A DNA stretch of 55,155 nt from Folioceros fuciformis (Eukaryota), in contig JBNGIO010006348.1 in assembly GCA_049999805.1 (NCBI GenBank), positions 263,897-319,051 on the forward strand. The letters are read 5' to 3'. This document shows, piece by piece, positions 13,256-26,571 of the stretch. Below the pieces are notes generated by a model. It saw nothing but the letters and a program-made list of their open reading frames with translations. It searched no databases and was not told the DNA's origin. How positions within the stretch are numbered: position 1 is the stretch's first letter; every line of letters starts with the position of its first letter. The position numbers were made by a program, and so were the translations under genes.

Positions 13256-13321
13256 GACGGGAATTTGGGTTGTTGTGCTCGGGTTGACGGGAATTTGGGT
13301 TGTTGTGCTCGGGTTGACGGG
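13256..13321. repeat. 30-bp tandem duplication in 3' UTR
   Basis: gacgggaatttgggttgttgtgctcgggtt occurs twice, followed by a partial copy. Confidence 0.9.
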
Positions 13322-14009
13322 CACCTGCCTGCCCCGGAAACCGTGCAGAATTTGTACATTGTGACATGGCTGAGGGTTGTCTACAACCTGGCCGGGCTGT
13401 CTGGCCATTGAGGTGGTTGAGCAAGTTGTAGGTAATTTATAGGGGTAGAGAAATTATTGATCTGCAAAGCCGTGAGGGCCATATTTATTTACTTGAGTTG
13501 GTTGTACTGTGTTACCACTCTTCTACAATGCCTTGGCTGTCCGCACCGCCTAGCATGAAGCTTTCAGCTAGCTTATAGCCCTCTCTCTAGTTTATAGCTG
13601 CCCCGTTATCCACTGAATGTCAATCTTCGGATTTAGCTACCCCTGTTATGACAGTATGACAGTATCGACTGACCCCAGTATCAACTGACCTTGTCGCCCG
13701 AACCTCGTGGGGGAGAAAGCTTTCGCTGCTCACATGAGAGCTTGTCCCTGGAATTGACTCCGTTTCGACTCCTACGATGAAGGATTGCAAAATGTGAAAA
13801 CCTTTGCTGACACTTGGAGAGATCAAGATGGAAGTTGAGCGACAGCCCCAACTTGCAAGGAATGCCTGTGGTGTAAAGTCTTCCACGGCCAAAAGAAAAG
13901 TTTGTAAACGCCATGCGTGGGGGACACTTGTTGCCTAGCCAATTCCACAACATGGCCCGAACGGGGTCTCATCATCAAATGAACGGGGTTTTGGTATCAA
14001 GCGACAGAT

Positions 14010-14690
14010 CAAGGTGTCAAGCGGCTCGGTCTAGGTGTCTAGCGAGTGAGATATAGGTCTCGGCTCGATCTAGGTATAGGTCTCGGCTCCATCTAGGTAT
14101 CTAGCGAGCAGGATACAGGTCTTGGAATCGAGCAAACACGGCCTTAGCATTGAGCCAATGTGGTCTCGGTCTAGGTATCTAGCAAGTGAGATATAGGTCT
14201 TAGCTCGATCTAGGTATCTAGCGAGCGAGATATAGGGCGAATACGGCCTTAGCTTCGAGCCAACCAAGTCTTGGTCTAGGTGTCTAGCGAGCAAGGTATA
14301 GGTCTTGGCTTCAAGCAAACAAGGTCTAGGTCTTAGCATCGAGCAAACGAGGTGTAGGTGTTGGCATAGGTCTTGGCTTCAAGCAAACAAGGTCTAGGTC
14401 TTAGCATCGAGCAAACGAGGTCTAGGTGTTGGCATAGGTCTTGGCTTCGAGCGAACAAGGTCTAGGTCTTGGCATTGAGCGAATAAGGTCTAGGTCTTGG
14501 CATCGAGCGAACAAGGTCTAGGTCTTGGCATCGAGCGAACAAGGTCTAGGTCTTGGCTTCGAGCAAACGAGGTCTAGGTGTTGGCATAGGTCTTGGCTTC
14601 GAGCAACGAGGTCTAGGTGTTGGTATAGGTCTTGGCTTTGAGCAAACGAGGTACAAGTATTAGCATCCAGCAAATGAAGTCTATGCCAGC
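14010..14690. repeat. Compound minisatellite array (about 39-bp, then 28/46-bp related units)
   Basis: Repeated tctaggtatctagcgag..gatataggtct units, then ggtctaggtcttggcatcgagcgaacaa units. Confidence 0.9.
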
Positions 14691-15609
14691 CACATTTTTT
14701 TTAGAAGAGGTTTATGGATGTCATAGAGTCCAGCAATCATTTGTGCATTGTGAAAGATTTAGTTGGCTATGATTTTGAATAATTTGTTTGAAGTTGTTTG
14801 TAAGCACTTTATGGGTAGTTTTTTTAACAAGACTTGTATCACTACTTTAGTTTGGGGAATTGCAAACTACATATGTTAGATGCAATGATTATTGTGCAAG
14901 CTCATGCATCACGTCTATTGTACTTAGGTTTAGTAGATAGATACAAAGATAGAGGAGACCCGATAGCCTAAACTAGTTAAACACATGCAATAGGAAACTA
15001 TGATGCTTAAATTTATTAAAAGTCAAGCTTAAAGGTGGCATAGGCAAAACATGAAGTAAGTGTAGATTGGTATACTGCGAATAATATTGAACTATTTTCT
15101 TCCAAAATCTAGATTTTCCTTATATCAATAATAATAAGGTTAATTTAATTTAGTACCAACTAATGAATGATTGAACTCAAGATACAACATTCAAATACAC
15201 ATGACCTTATTGGATAGTGAGATGGATTGTCTCATTGGGTCGTGATAAGAATCCCTCATGTATGATGAAATGATATGTTGTATGAAGCTATATTAGCACC
15301 ATTGAGGCGCATATGGTACGAAGTAATAGAAATGCTAAGATCCCTAAAAAGGACTAAAAAAAATAGAAACAAACATCAATGCAACTTAACTATGGTTTGT
15401 ATAGCGAGAAGAGGGTTGCCAAAATCGGACACCTACACCCAAATGCAACATGGGAAATAGGTATGAATATCAAACACACATGATAGGATTCCAACAATGA
15501 TAAATGATGGTGGACAAACTTAGCTTCTGTCGTAAAGCATTGCAAGACATCATTTTGGTGTCTCTAATTGGGTAAATGGGTTTTTCCACTTTGTTTTTTT
15601 TTAAATAAA

Positions 15610-16045
15610 TAAATTACAAGTTGTCTTTAATTGATAGCACTCTATTCTAAGAGTGAGGCCTCCTGTTTGGCTACGTTCTTTTGTAGTGAGTGTAATTGAT
15701 AGCAGTCTATTCTAATAATGAGGCCTCTTATTTGACCACGTGTTTTCTAGACCCGTGTCTTGTTGTGAGTCTAATTGATAGCAGTTTATTCTAATTGTAA
15801 AGACTCTTGCTTGACCACGTTTTATTTAGAGTCGTGTCTTGTAGGCCTCTTGCCTAGCCACATTTTGTTTAGAGTTGTGTCTTTAGCTAGCCACGTTCTG
15901 TTTAGAGCCGCTTCTAGTAGTAAGGCCTCTTGCCTAGCCATATTTTGTTGGGAGCCATTTTTAGAACTAAGGCTCTTGCCTAGCCATATTTTGTTGGGGG
16001 CCGTTTTTTGTAGGGAGGCTCTTGCCTAGCCACATTTTGTTTGGA
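15610..16045. repeat. Degenerate tandem repeat (about 45-65 bp units)
   Basis: Recurring ggcctcttgcctagccacattttgtt and taattgatagcag..tattctaa motifs. Confidence 0.75.
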
Positions 16046-16099
16046 GCCGCTCAGGACTCTTCTTTAAGTTCAACAGTGGAGTCTACAACCCATTTTCAA

Positions 16100-17700
16100 A
16101 GGGTTGTCAATTCCTTTGTGAATTGTGTCATTTGCTGGCAAAGAGCTGGTTACATTTTCTCTTTCTTAAAAGGCTGCCCTAGAGAAGGCCCAGGCCAAGC
16201 TTTTGACCATCAAGGCATGGTATCTTGGGCAACATGGGTGGCTCCCTCCAACGTTGCTATGTTGTTAAACCTACTAGAGTTCGATAAGCACACTCGTGAG
16301 AAGGAGGTCCAAATGGCCCTCCATGTGGCCTCTTGATTGGTAATACCCCCATTGATCACATCCTCTAGTACCATAGTGCGATGAAGATACTTTTTCTAGT
16401 CTCGTTGCTCATTCGTCGGTCTTGGGCTGGGTAGGCGAGCAATGGGACTACTCCTGATAAGGGTGCTCTGGGGGACCTTGGACCTCTTCCCTTTTTACGA
16501 CCATAAGGAGATGGGGGCCACTTCACCTCGGATACCCAATCCCATGCTTCTCATTGTAATGCAATTAGGTGGACACCGAGACTAACTCTGCTTGCTCCCT
16601 TGTCAAGGGTATAGCGAAGAGGAATAGATCTACCATCAATGGGTCATTTGGCTCGGGGGTAGTTGGAGGCAAAGCACTTCGAATACAAACCCTAACGAGG
16701 TCTGTTGCTACGATGTGACGAGTAGTCCGTTGTTTCGGGGGTGGTACAACCAACTGTCTCTTGGGAGTTTTTCGCTTTCAAGCTAGAGGTGAACTAGGTG
16801 GAGTGCTTGGGGTGGATGCATACTCTCTCCCCACTTCCACCATTGTCTCTCCTTCTACATCTGCTGAGAGTGGCGTTTGGGCTTGGACCCCACTAGAAGT
16901 CTCCTTCAGTGCGATTGCCTTTGTCTCTAATAATTGCACCAATTAGTGGGCAGTTGCACCAGTTGCCAAACTTGGGACACCACCTTTCTTCGCGCCGGGG
17001 TTGGAGTTGGTTGCATTGGAAACTCGTGTCGAGCTCTACATCTAGCTGTCATGAGCTCCTTGGCCTCCATTAGGGCATTGAAGTGCTCATAGGGGAATAA
17101 GGTCAACCCCATGGCTAGAGGCTTCTTCCATTGAAGTAGCTTTTATCTCCTCTTGGATGTAATGCGCTACCATCTTTCCCTAATCCACTGGACTGCCTTG
17201 CACATTACCATAGAGCAACAATAGAACGGTATCGATGAGAAGGTTCGTCTTCTGGACCAACAACTATTGTAGGATTAGTTTCGCCAACGTGCAAAACCGG
17301 CTGTCCACCATATCATGTATCAACCACCTATTAAAGATCTTAAAGGGCCCCTCCAATAATAGCATCTTCTTCATTTCTTTGAGAAGCATTTTGCTTAGGT
17401 GAGCCCCTACATATGATCCTCCTTGTTCCCTAGGAGGCCACTTATAAACTTCCCAAAGCATTTAAAGTTTCTAAACCAATGGGTTGGTTTGGACCTGCTT
17501 GGCAGTCATGCAAGCTAGCAATTTGCGTACAAACTCTTTCACTATTATGAGTGACTACACATTCTAAGAGGCCACATTCTACCATTGCTCCACCAAATCG
17601 GCATAGGGGGGCGTTAGGATATTGTCCTCCACTAACTTCCACTAGCCACCTACTTCCAATATATGGGTTTAGGGTTTTTGAGAAAGACAAGATGAGTAAG
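16100..17700 (-). mobile_element. Decayed coding-like region, probably a transposable element remnant of unknown class
   Basis: Short broken minus-strand ORFs (e.g. MGLTLFPYEHFNALMEAKELM, EPNDPLMVDLFLF) flanked by repeat arrays. No diagnostic motif recognised. Confidence 0.25.
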
Positions 17701-19034
17701 ACAGGCTTTGAGAAGTTGTTTGGTGAGGAGAAGAGGGAGAGGAGTTGTAAGTAGTTAGTTCACAAGCAGCATGGAAGATCAACTACCATTTGGGTAGTAC
17801 CAAAAAGTACAGGTTGATAAGCAGGTGCATAGGATGCAAGAGACATAGGGAGACCAGAAGGCGAGAAGTGGGAGGAAGAATGAGGCATAGATGTAGGAAG
17901 GGTTTAATGTCGAGAGTATGCTTAGAGCATAGTTGGCAATCTGAAATCTTCTCGCAAGTTGGTTTGAAGTAGAGTAAGAGTTTACACCGCCTTCAATAAC
18001 CCTTCAGCGCTTTCACTCGTGGTGGTTGTCTCGACCCATGTTATCGTTTGGTATGCCTCGTTAGCCCATGTTCATGCCTACAAAGCTCACATCCCACTAT
18101 CTGCTTAGGTAGTCTAATCTAGTGAGAAGGTCCGAAGACTTGCTAATTACACCCTCTGATGGACTAGCTAACTCCAAAGTAAAAAGACTTGGAAAATAGA
18201 AAAACAAAAACAACAATTTTAGTGCATAGTTGAAAACGAAAACAAAAAATAGAGATGGGTTCGTTCTCCCCACCCTGTTTTCAAGTTCACATGTTTTCAA
18301 GTAAAGCTTATAACTTATTTTCAACAATGTTTTTAGGAGTTCTTTCAATAGAATGCTACAAAATCTTTTTTTTCAAAAGAATGCTACAAAATTGTTTGTA
18401 CATCTATAACCATTGAGCAACAAGACAACGTTTGCACATCTTACATCTTTATAATCACTAAGCACCAAGACATCTTTTGCACATCTTCATAATCAATGAG
18501 CGCCAAGAGGTCTTTTGTCTATGAGGTTTTTGCATATCTAAGGTTATGGTATGAAGACTTTGTAAAATATGGTCGCATATCTTTGCATGAGTGATATCCG
18601 TTATCAACTCTTTGTGTAGTTCCCAATTATGATACTCCAACTTGTGCAAAAGTTCCATATATTTGATATTGTGCACTTGAGGAAGGTCTTTATCATCCTT
18701 GCAAGCATAGTCATAATATAAGTCTTGCGTTTCGTGTGAGGGATATAGCCTGCACAAAAATATATCATGAGATATTAGAGTCTCAATTAAAAATTCTCTT
18801 TGTAAAGCTAAAAATCATTATGATTAGAGAACAAAGGTTTAAACTTACAAGGAGTTAATGCAAATTCTCTCACAAGTAGTACCGGTTGATCACCTGCTTG
18901 CAATCGTGTCCATTAGCTCCTCAAACTCGGCAACGATTACATCTACAGAACTTTCGCCCTCAATTTCAATGTCACAACTTTTGCAACTACCTTCCTCAAT
19001 TTCAATCTCGCAAGTTGTTGTGAACTTGCTCTTG

Positions 19035-20127
19035 CTATTGACTTCCAAGTCTTTCTCAACATTCTCAGCAAGTGCATCATCATCCCCATCTTTATGACTA
19101 GACACATCCAACTCATCCTTATGAGCACACTCGTTAAACTCATCAACGATTGGCAAAGACACTTTCATATCATCAATAGCACTCGAAGACACTTTCAGCG
19201 TTGATGGCTCATCAACGCTTGGCAAAGACCCTTTCAATGCATCAAGCACATTTAGCTCATTGTCATCAGAGCTCAAGTCTTTAATGACATTGTAGCTTAT
19301 CATATTCTCATCACTATCTTCAACCTTGACTAAGCTCCACATTTCACACTATGTAACATGCCAAAACACAATGTATAACAAGATTATGCAAGTATAGCCA
19401 AATAATTGCAAGGAGAAATTGCTGTAGAAATAAAGGCATAAGATCCTTCTTGTAGGAATATTTGAGTCTTACAAGTATTGTGAGCAATATGGCGTATTTG
19501 ATCGTCGGGTTTTTTTTTAAAATCATACGCTCATAGCAATTGAAAATCGGTATGAAAGTTTGGAGTCTCCTATATAATAGTATGTAGGAAATCATTTCAA
19601 GTTTGACCCAAATATGCCAACAAAAAAGCTCGTCCACCTTTGTTTCTACAATAATTTGTCCTTTGGTTTTACATACATAATCTTGTTATGCGCTTTTTTT
19701 GGTATACCTCATAGCGTACAATATGAAGATTAATCAAGATTAAAGATGATGACAAGAGTGTGATAAGCTAAAATGTCAATCATCAAAGATTTGAGTGCAA
19801 ATAGACTTGGGCACCAATAAGAATGAGCTAGATGTGTTTATGCACTCAAAGAGCTGAAAGTGTTTGCGAGGGTGATGATGATATGAAAGTATCTTCTTTG
19901 AGTGATAATCACTTGAAAGTGTCTTTTCTCAACATTGATGAGTTGAAAGTGTTCTCTTTGAGCATTGATGAGTTGATAGTGTCTTCTTCAAGCGTTGATG
20001 AGTTGAAAGTGTGTGACCATGAGTATGAGTTGCATATCACCAAAACAAAGATGAGAATTTGTCCAATCAACAAGACGAGGATGATGGCACACTTGCTCAA
20101 AATGTCGAGAAAGATTTAGAAGTAAAC
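19035..20127. repeat. Diverged inverted duplication (arms about 19035-19335 and 19730-20127) containing a 30-bp internal repeat
   Basis: The minus arm encodes ..DGDDDALAENVEKDLEVN and the plus arm ..DEDDGTLAQNVEKDLEVN. Both contain (I/V)DELKVS-type 10-codon repeats. Confidence 0.8.
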
Positions 20128-20609
20128 CACTCCCTTTTTCCTTGACTGCTGAAATAATTTTGGAGGATATGCATTGTGATTATAGATATGAAAAGGGTGA
20201 AACCCTAATGACCCCTTCCAAATGTAGGGCAATTTTCGAACCCTTAATACAAGGAAAGCCTTCGCTTTTCCATCGGACCGGAATTTTATCGTCCGTGGCC
20301 ATATAATCATCGTACGTGTAGGAAGAGTTTGTGGGATGAGAGCTTTTTTCATGACACTACAATTCTTCCGTGTAAACCCAGCAGTAGATAAAATTTCGAG
20401 CCCCGTATTGTAGGTAGGATTCAGACGCAAAATCAACGGAATACGAAAGTTGATGATTTACTTTTATCGAATTTCGAACCAAAATTTTAAAAACAGAGCG
20501 AGTCCTCCAGCTCAGGGTCTCCGGTTGCTCACTTTCCACACCACTAGCTTACAAAAACATGTGGAGGTTTGCGCTTTGCTAACAGAAAGCTCCACCCTTA
20601 TCAGTTGAA

Positions 20610-21135
20610 TCACCTACTTCTCTCTCGCATATGGACAGGCAGCTGTACCGAGACACCAAAGTTGTCCTTCACATCCACAGGTTTCACAAACTCCACTCGA
20701 TGCAAATGTCTCTCTGGGACCACAGGTCTTTCGACTGCTGAAGCAACAACGACGGTTGCTGAGTCTGTCTTCGCTTGAGCATCTGCACGAAGACGTCTCT
20801 TCAGAGTCAGGATGTAGCTACAAACATGCAGGGGTTGGTACCAAACTGTAATGCTCAGAAAGCTGGCAGAAGCCCCTGGCAGCACCACGTGTGTTGAACG
20901 TACCAAGAAGTGGAACAGTTGAGAACATGTAGAGGACCAACAAGCAAGCCATAAGCACAACAGGGATGAGGTGCACAGCCTGCTCCGCTTTCAGCCTCCA
21001 GTGCATCTTTTCTCCTTTCTCCAGGTCCTTGAAGCTCAAGTCATCATCCGGCTCATCTGGAGACAACAAAGAAGATCGAGTTCTCCCAAGACCACCGACG
21101 GAGAGTCCTAATATCCCAGACGAAGAACGCTGCAT
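20610..21135 (-). CDS. Small single-pass transmembrane protein of a plant-specific uncharacterised family (about 134 aa). Exons 21135-20904, 20782-20610
   Basis: AEQAVHLIPVVLMACLLVLYMFS resembles the conserved AE.AVHLIP..L..C..IL..FS motif of small plant membrane proteins. The GT-AG intron 20903-20783 joins in phase 1. An alternative in-frame ATG lies at 21165. Confidence 0.75.
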
Positions 21136-23129
21136 GATGTCTGATGATGTTCCCGATAATACCATTTATTCCTGATGAGATTGCCAGAGGAAACATCGTG
21201 AACCCACATACGTAGTTATTGAGATGACTTCTAGCCATAACACATGTTTGTTACTCACCCCTACCACAGCGCCACCAAATTCAAGACAGCAATTCATTGG
21301 TCATCCGTGCTTGAGTACCTCCTGCATGGGAACAGGACACTGCAGGCTCCTTCACAATTCACAAACGTTTACACATCTTCACTGGGGATTTCCTGCAATA
21401 TTGCAATTATCAGGGAAACACAGTCACATCACACTGGCTACATACAGGATCGGTCTTGTGACAAACAACGCGTAACCAAGGATGAGGGAAGGCCACGCAC
21501 TGCCACAAAACAGAGATCACAAACCAGTCAGGAGAAGGAGCTCTGAGAACTAAGACATCCGGCAGGGACCGTACCCGGCCATCTTGCGCGGTCTCTTGAA
21601 AAATCCCACAGGATACCGGTGGCGGTGTGGGACAGCACAGACAGGAGTCCGACGCATTGATCTGATCCCTTCAAATGCGGAACAGGACACCGATCCAACC
21701 AAGCTGGCAAAGGGAGCTAGAGATGAATGGAGGAGTAACTAGGTTGTATTTCTAACAGAGAGAAGGTGCAGAAGACAAGATCCAGCTGGCACCCTTGACA
21801 ACCCGGACAAGGCCCGAGATTGCCTCAACGGGGGGATTTACTTGGCCCTGTTTCCTGTCACACATCACACTCGTCTTGGCAAGCAGCTTGCCACTCGTCA
21901 GACAAGAGGAAGCTTGAATGCCTGCACTGCTCGGACCCCGTGACAGGCTGAAGATTGACACGCACCTGCAGGCTCCTTCCTCCTCTCAGGAAGTCGGGCA
22001 TTTCCCAGGGCCACGTAAACAGCACAAATGCAAATGGGCTGGTCAAAGACGTTTCTCGGCTGCTGAACTCGTGACGGACGCCAGATTTACCCAACACAGC
22101 GACATGGATTTACCGTCTATTAACGGCCTCAGATGCAGCTGGCGGTCGAAACACCACTGGCCGTGCATGCCTCTAATGGGATGAAGATTGTGGGCACCGG
22201 GCATACAAGACTAGCCCAGCGCAGGCCAGATGATTAACGGCACAAGCGCCTGCGCGCAGAGAATGGTTCGTGACTAGAAATTCTCGTCAGGGGGATTCAC
22301 AGGTGCGTGTCATCCTCGTGGGCCGATCAGACTGGGTAATGAAAATGGACGTAGGAAGAGAAATAAAATGGAATATCTACCCAGTTATGTTTTCTGGAAG
22401 GACTGTCCCAGTACTGCTCTAGAAAGGTGGGCTTCCGTTTCCCTCGAGGGAGAGACCCTCGCTTTTCGTTTTGTCTTGTTTGTTTTATCACGTTGGCCGT
22501 GTTGGCCCGAAAGTTTAGTGTAGTGTGTAGGCCAGGCCAGCTGCCGCAGCATATGGATGCAGTGCCTAGCCAATTTCGACTGCTTCCAGGTCTGGCATCG
22601 AGGTGGGTTTTACGCTGTTTGCATCTTTTGGTCCGGATGGAAGTGGGTGTGGATTGGTCAGCCATTACAAGTATTGCAAGGGACCTGAGTTTGTTATCTC
22701 GGAGGCCAGTGGTTGTGTTTGACCTGGATATGGGATCTGCTATGACTCTCATTGCCACGATATTGTGGTACCGTTACTAAAGCAGCGGCAGAAACAGGCC
22801 CGGGAGCAACCGATACTGCTGCTCTAAGATTTCATGCCCATCAAGGCTTTCAATCTGCCTTTCCTGACGAGAGCACGCTCTTGCCAAGAAGAGTTTGATA
22901 TCTGACAGGAACAGAGTCAAACTAATCATTTTGGTTGTTTCGGACTTCCACTGGTGCAGCTGCACACCGCTATACCAGTGTTCAGCGGAAGTTTTCAAAG
23001 CGACTTGCACAAGGTGGTCAGACCGGTATGTTCCTATGTCAAAAGCCGAAAACTTGTCCGGTTCCTTGGGCCAGTCGTGCAGATGTCTTGGTCTCCAGAG
23101 CTCATTCTCTTCACTGGTTGTAATGCATA

Positions 23130-23540
23130 TCTCCTTTTCCTGAGAACTGCAAAGGTGTTACGACTGTAGGAAAGTCCTGGTTATGGCGAATTGTGAAGGA
23201 GCCCGCAGTACCCTGTGCCCATGCAGGTGGCATGGAGTGAATTGGTCTGGAATGTTTTGTCCTGCGTTGGGATGACTACTTCACATGCTTGATGTCTCTA
23301 GAATTAGCTTGATACTTTAAGTTCTCGTCTTGGGCTTCAATGTTTCCTCTAGAATTCTAGTTGGTCAGGCAAACATGCTGGCCTCAGCAATCGTGCAGCG
23401 TTCTTCTCCTCCCTTGATGATAGAAGTGTTGGAAGAAGCAGACCCCCTTTGGTCACCCTAATTGAGCTGGATGATCTGAGCTTCAAGGGTCCGGAGAAAG
23501 GAGAAAAGATGCACTGGAGGCTGAAGGCAGAGCAGGGATC
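23130..23540 (+). pseudogene. Decayed inverted copy of the upstream region and 5' exon of the 20610-21135 gene
   Basis: gagcttcaagggtccggagaaaggagaaaagatgcactggaggctgaaggcagagcagg (about 23479-23537) matches the reverse complement of about 20978-21036. gaattgtgaaggagcccgcag..cccatgcagg (about 23188-23227) matches about 21321-21360. The start context atcATGcagcgttcttc is changed to atcGTGcagcgttcttc. Confidence 0.85.
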
Positions 23541-25194
23541 TTACTTTCTGCACAGCCCAAGCTGCCGCTGCACTGGCCTTCCCTTGATGCACAGAGCTTT
23601 TCTTGATTCTTTTTGTCTTTGATTGCAGAGTAGAGATGCTTGGACTGTGTAGATGGAATGGGGGTGGGTTCTGGATACATGGATCTCTCGGTGATGAACC
23701 ATACATCCCTTAATCAGTAAACGATGATTGTAACAGCCCTTTGATGACAACCACCTTCTGATTACTGAGGTTGGGCAAGCTTGTAGGTACATATAGAGCT
23801 TACAGTACGCGGGAGTCGTGTGAACAGGTTTGAGTCTGGTAGGTGGTACCTAGTGCGAAAGACTGGGGCCATTCGTAGTGATAAATATAGTATTCCTGAC
23901 AGCTCCTGTTCGAAGGCCACTGAAAAAAGTAAGGGTATACTGTATATGGCGAGACTGGAATTCGGAGAGGTCGCGCGCGCACGTCGGCTGGACTTGTTTT
24001 GTGCGTTCGCCGTTTTCTCGTAGCCGGGGGAATTACGGTCTGTGCGGCTCACTGTCCGTCTGATGCAACCATGTGTCCTTCGTGCTTTTCAAGGACCTGT
24101 CACTGTCGTGCTGAACGGGTAGAAGGGGAACGGGCAGCTGGCGGGGATGTTCTTACCCCCCCGAGACCATTGTCATGTGAAACATCTGGCTTGTGGTGGA
24201 TGACTCGCGATTGATTCGTGCCAATTAAAAGTTGAAACCATATTTCTCCAATCAGTAGATTCCGACATCCACCTGCCGACAATAGAATCAATCGACTACG
24301 TTGTTGTACGTCTGACGCTCCCTGAGGAGTTCACGCTCACCTCATGTCAGGCGACGACCTGTCTGTCCAAGAACCAAGCCTCTAGATGCAATAATGTAGG
24401 AAGCCTGCATCTTTCACATCTGCCACTATGTGTGCGAGGGCACAAATTTTCCAACGGTGGGCTTCAACATGAGGCACCTGCCCGTTATGCATAAACAGAG
24501 CAGGTGGCGGTCAAATGGGATGTGCATGATTCTTCGGACCTGTGATTGTCTCCTAAAGACTTACGTAACGACAGGCGTCTGGATTCGTTGTACATAGTGG
24601 ACCGCTGAATGAATAACGGGAAAGCTGGCAACTGACGTGTGGGCATGGGTGCAAAAGCAAGAACACGGAAGCTGGGAATGATTAACAAATTGTAAACTTC
24701 AGAGCCGAGATGCCGAGGGAACGCAAGATCGTGAAGTCAGGGCACCTGAACGCAACGCAATCGGATGTGGACCCTTTGCGCATGGGCCCATGAACAGCTC
24801 TGGGGCACGAGAGAGACGGAGGAGACTATGTGCGGATGGACCCTGAAGGTGTGGGGTATGAATCAGGGGATTACTTACATCGTAAGTCAGAAAAGGAAGT
24901 AGTACGGTGCAATTTGTGGGGCAAATACCAGAGCTCCAGAATACCGCAGCACAGATGCCGTTGTTTGAGAGGCAAGCAATGCTGCAGACGTTGGTCAACT
25001 CACGGAAAAATCTTCCGCATCGAGAAATCGTCACCCGTCTCAGGTGCAGATGGGGAGAAAGACAAGACGTTGATCATCCCCGGAAACGTGGAACTGCAAC
25101 ATACTGGAACAAGGATAAACCCAACCATTGATGATCCACAAGACGGCAAGTAAAGGACCCGAGGACCTCAAAGTAGAAGGATTGGATGTACCCA

Positions 25195-25700
25195 GAAACC
25201 TAAGGCCCACACGTCATGAGAAGACATCGGTGAGGGTGAGTGGGCTGGTTAAACATATGGCAAGGAAAAAAATTGCCTGCGACCCACTAAGAGAGCGTGG
25301 CAGAGTGACCTTGCGGACAGACTGACAATAACAGCGTTCGTGATCGGGCACATGCGTCACAATTCATCGGGTCCTACTTCAATAGGCCCTCAAACAAGAA
25401 GTGTCAGACTCAGCATACTTATAGAGCCGAGGACCCTAATCTTGGCCATCACTGCCAGCAAGGCCCCAACGCCATGAAAAGAAGAAGAGAGTGAGTGGGC
25501 TCGCAGAACATGAGGCAAGGGAAAAATTGCCTGCCGACCAAGCGAGAGCTCACGGCAGAATGAACGTGCAAACAGACGGACTGCAGACAACTTTCACGCT
25601 CAGACATATGCATCACCGTTCACCGGGCCCCTTTTCATCGGCCCTCGGTCAAGAGGTGTCAGAAGTAGCATATTCATCACTGCAGAGAGGATCCTCACCT
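25195..25700. repeat. Diverged tandem duplication of about 255 bp
   Basis: Both copies contain aaggccc..catga..gtgagtgggct..ggcaagg.aaaaattgcctgc..ggcaga..catatgc/cacatgc..ggccctc..caaga.gtgtcaga..agcata in the same order. Confidence 0.8.
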
Positions 25701-25954
25701 CGAGGAAAACTGCCAGCTAAAAGCTCAAGTCACCTCGCACTCCTCATGCCAACATCAGACCCATAAAACTACAAGCTGAGGCCCACCCCAGTGCTCAGAA
25801 GGTGGAAGATGGTTGTCATCAAAGGCTGTTACAACCAGTTCTGACTGTTGAGCTTGATACACAGCAAGATCGTCATAGCACATTGGAATCTTCAGCTGCA
25901 ACTACGTGACCCGCCACCACAATTCTACCTACCCAGACCGCAATCCAGACATCA

Positions 25955-26070
25955 ACAGACAGGCGACTCCCCGCTGAAGGCCCGCAGACGGAGGAGCCCG
26001 CAGACGGAGGACTCCACAGACGGGGGACTCCGCAGACGGGGGACTCCGCAGACGGGGGACTCCGCAGACG
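25955..26070. repeat. 16-bp GC-rich tandem repeat (gacgggggactccgca, about 5-6 copies)
   Basis: Directly visible tandem units. Confidence 0.9.
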
Positions 26071-26571
26071 AATGCGCGCATACGGCCAACTCGGCGAGTG
26101 AAAACCTACCAACAAGGGCAGCGCGGCGGCAGTTAATCAATCAAGTCGAACATGGAAGCCCTAACCCTAACCAAGCCCTAAAAATAGTACCGAGTTTGAG
26201 TGACGGGGAGGGGAGACCTAGTATAGTACTAAAGATCGTTCCAAATCAATCAGCTTCATAAGTTACAAGTGTTGGGTATAAATTAAGTGGGAGTAGGTAA
26301 ATAGGCACATAGTATATAGTCCCAGTTATAGTATGATACAGAGAGACAGGTAAGTACATTCCTACAAATAGCCCAAAAAACAAATATTTTTATGGTCCAG
26401 ACACAATAAACTAGTGCGGAATGACCAGAGTAGCGAAAAACCAAAGCAAGAGGCAGGCAGCGACGCAATCAGGACGGCAAAGCTCCGGTGTGTCTGGTCT
26501 CTGGTTCGCTTCGAGAGAGAGGGACGTGGCCTGTGCGGGAAGGACCGCCACAGTAGTGACTACTCAACGCA

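Noticed and set aside
12693-13424. 243-aa minus-strand ORF
   Set aside because: It overlaps the last intron, last exon and repeat-containing 3' UTR of the plus-strand gene, and its composition is not protein-like.
13992-14002. tggtatcaagc as a tRNA-Met primer-binding site
   Set aside because: Imperfect match, with no adjacent LTR end or retroelement ORF.
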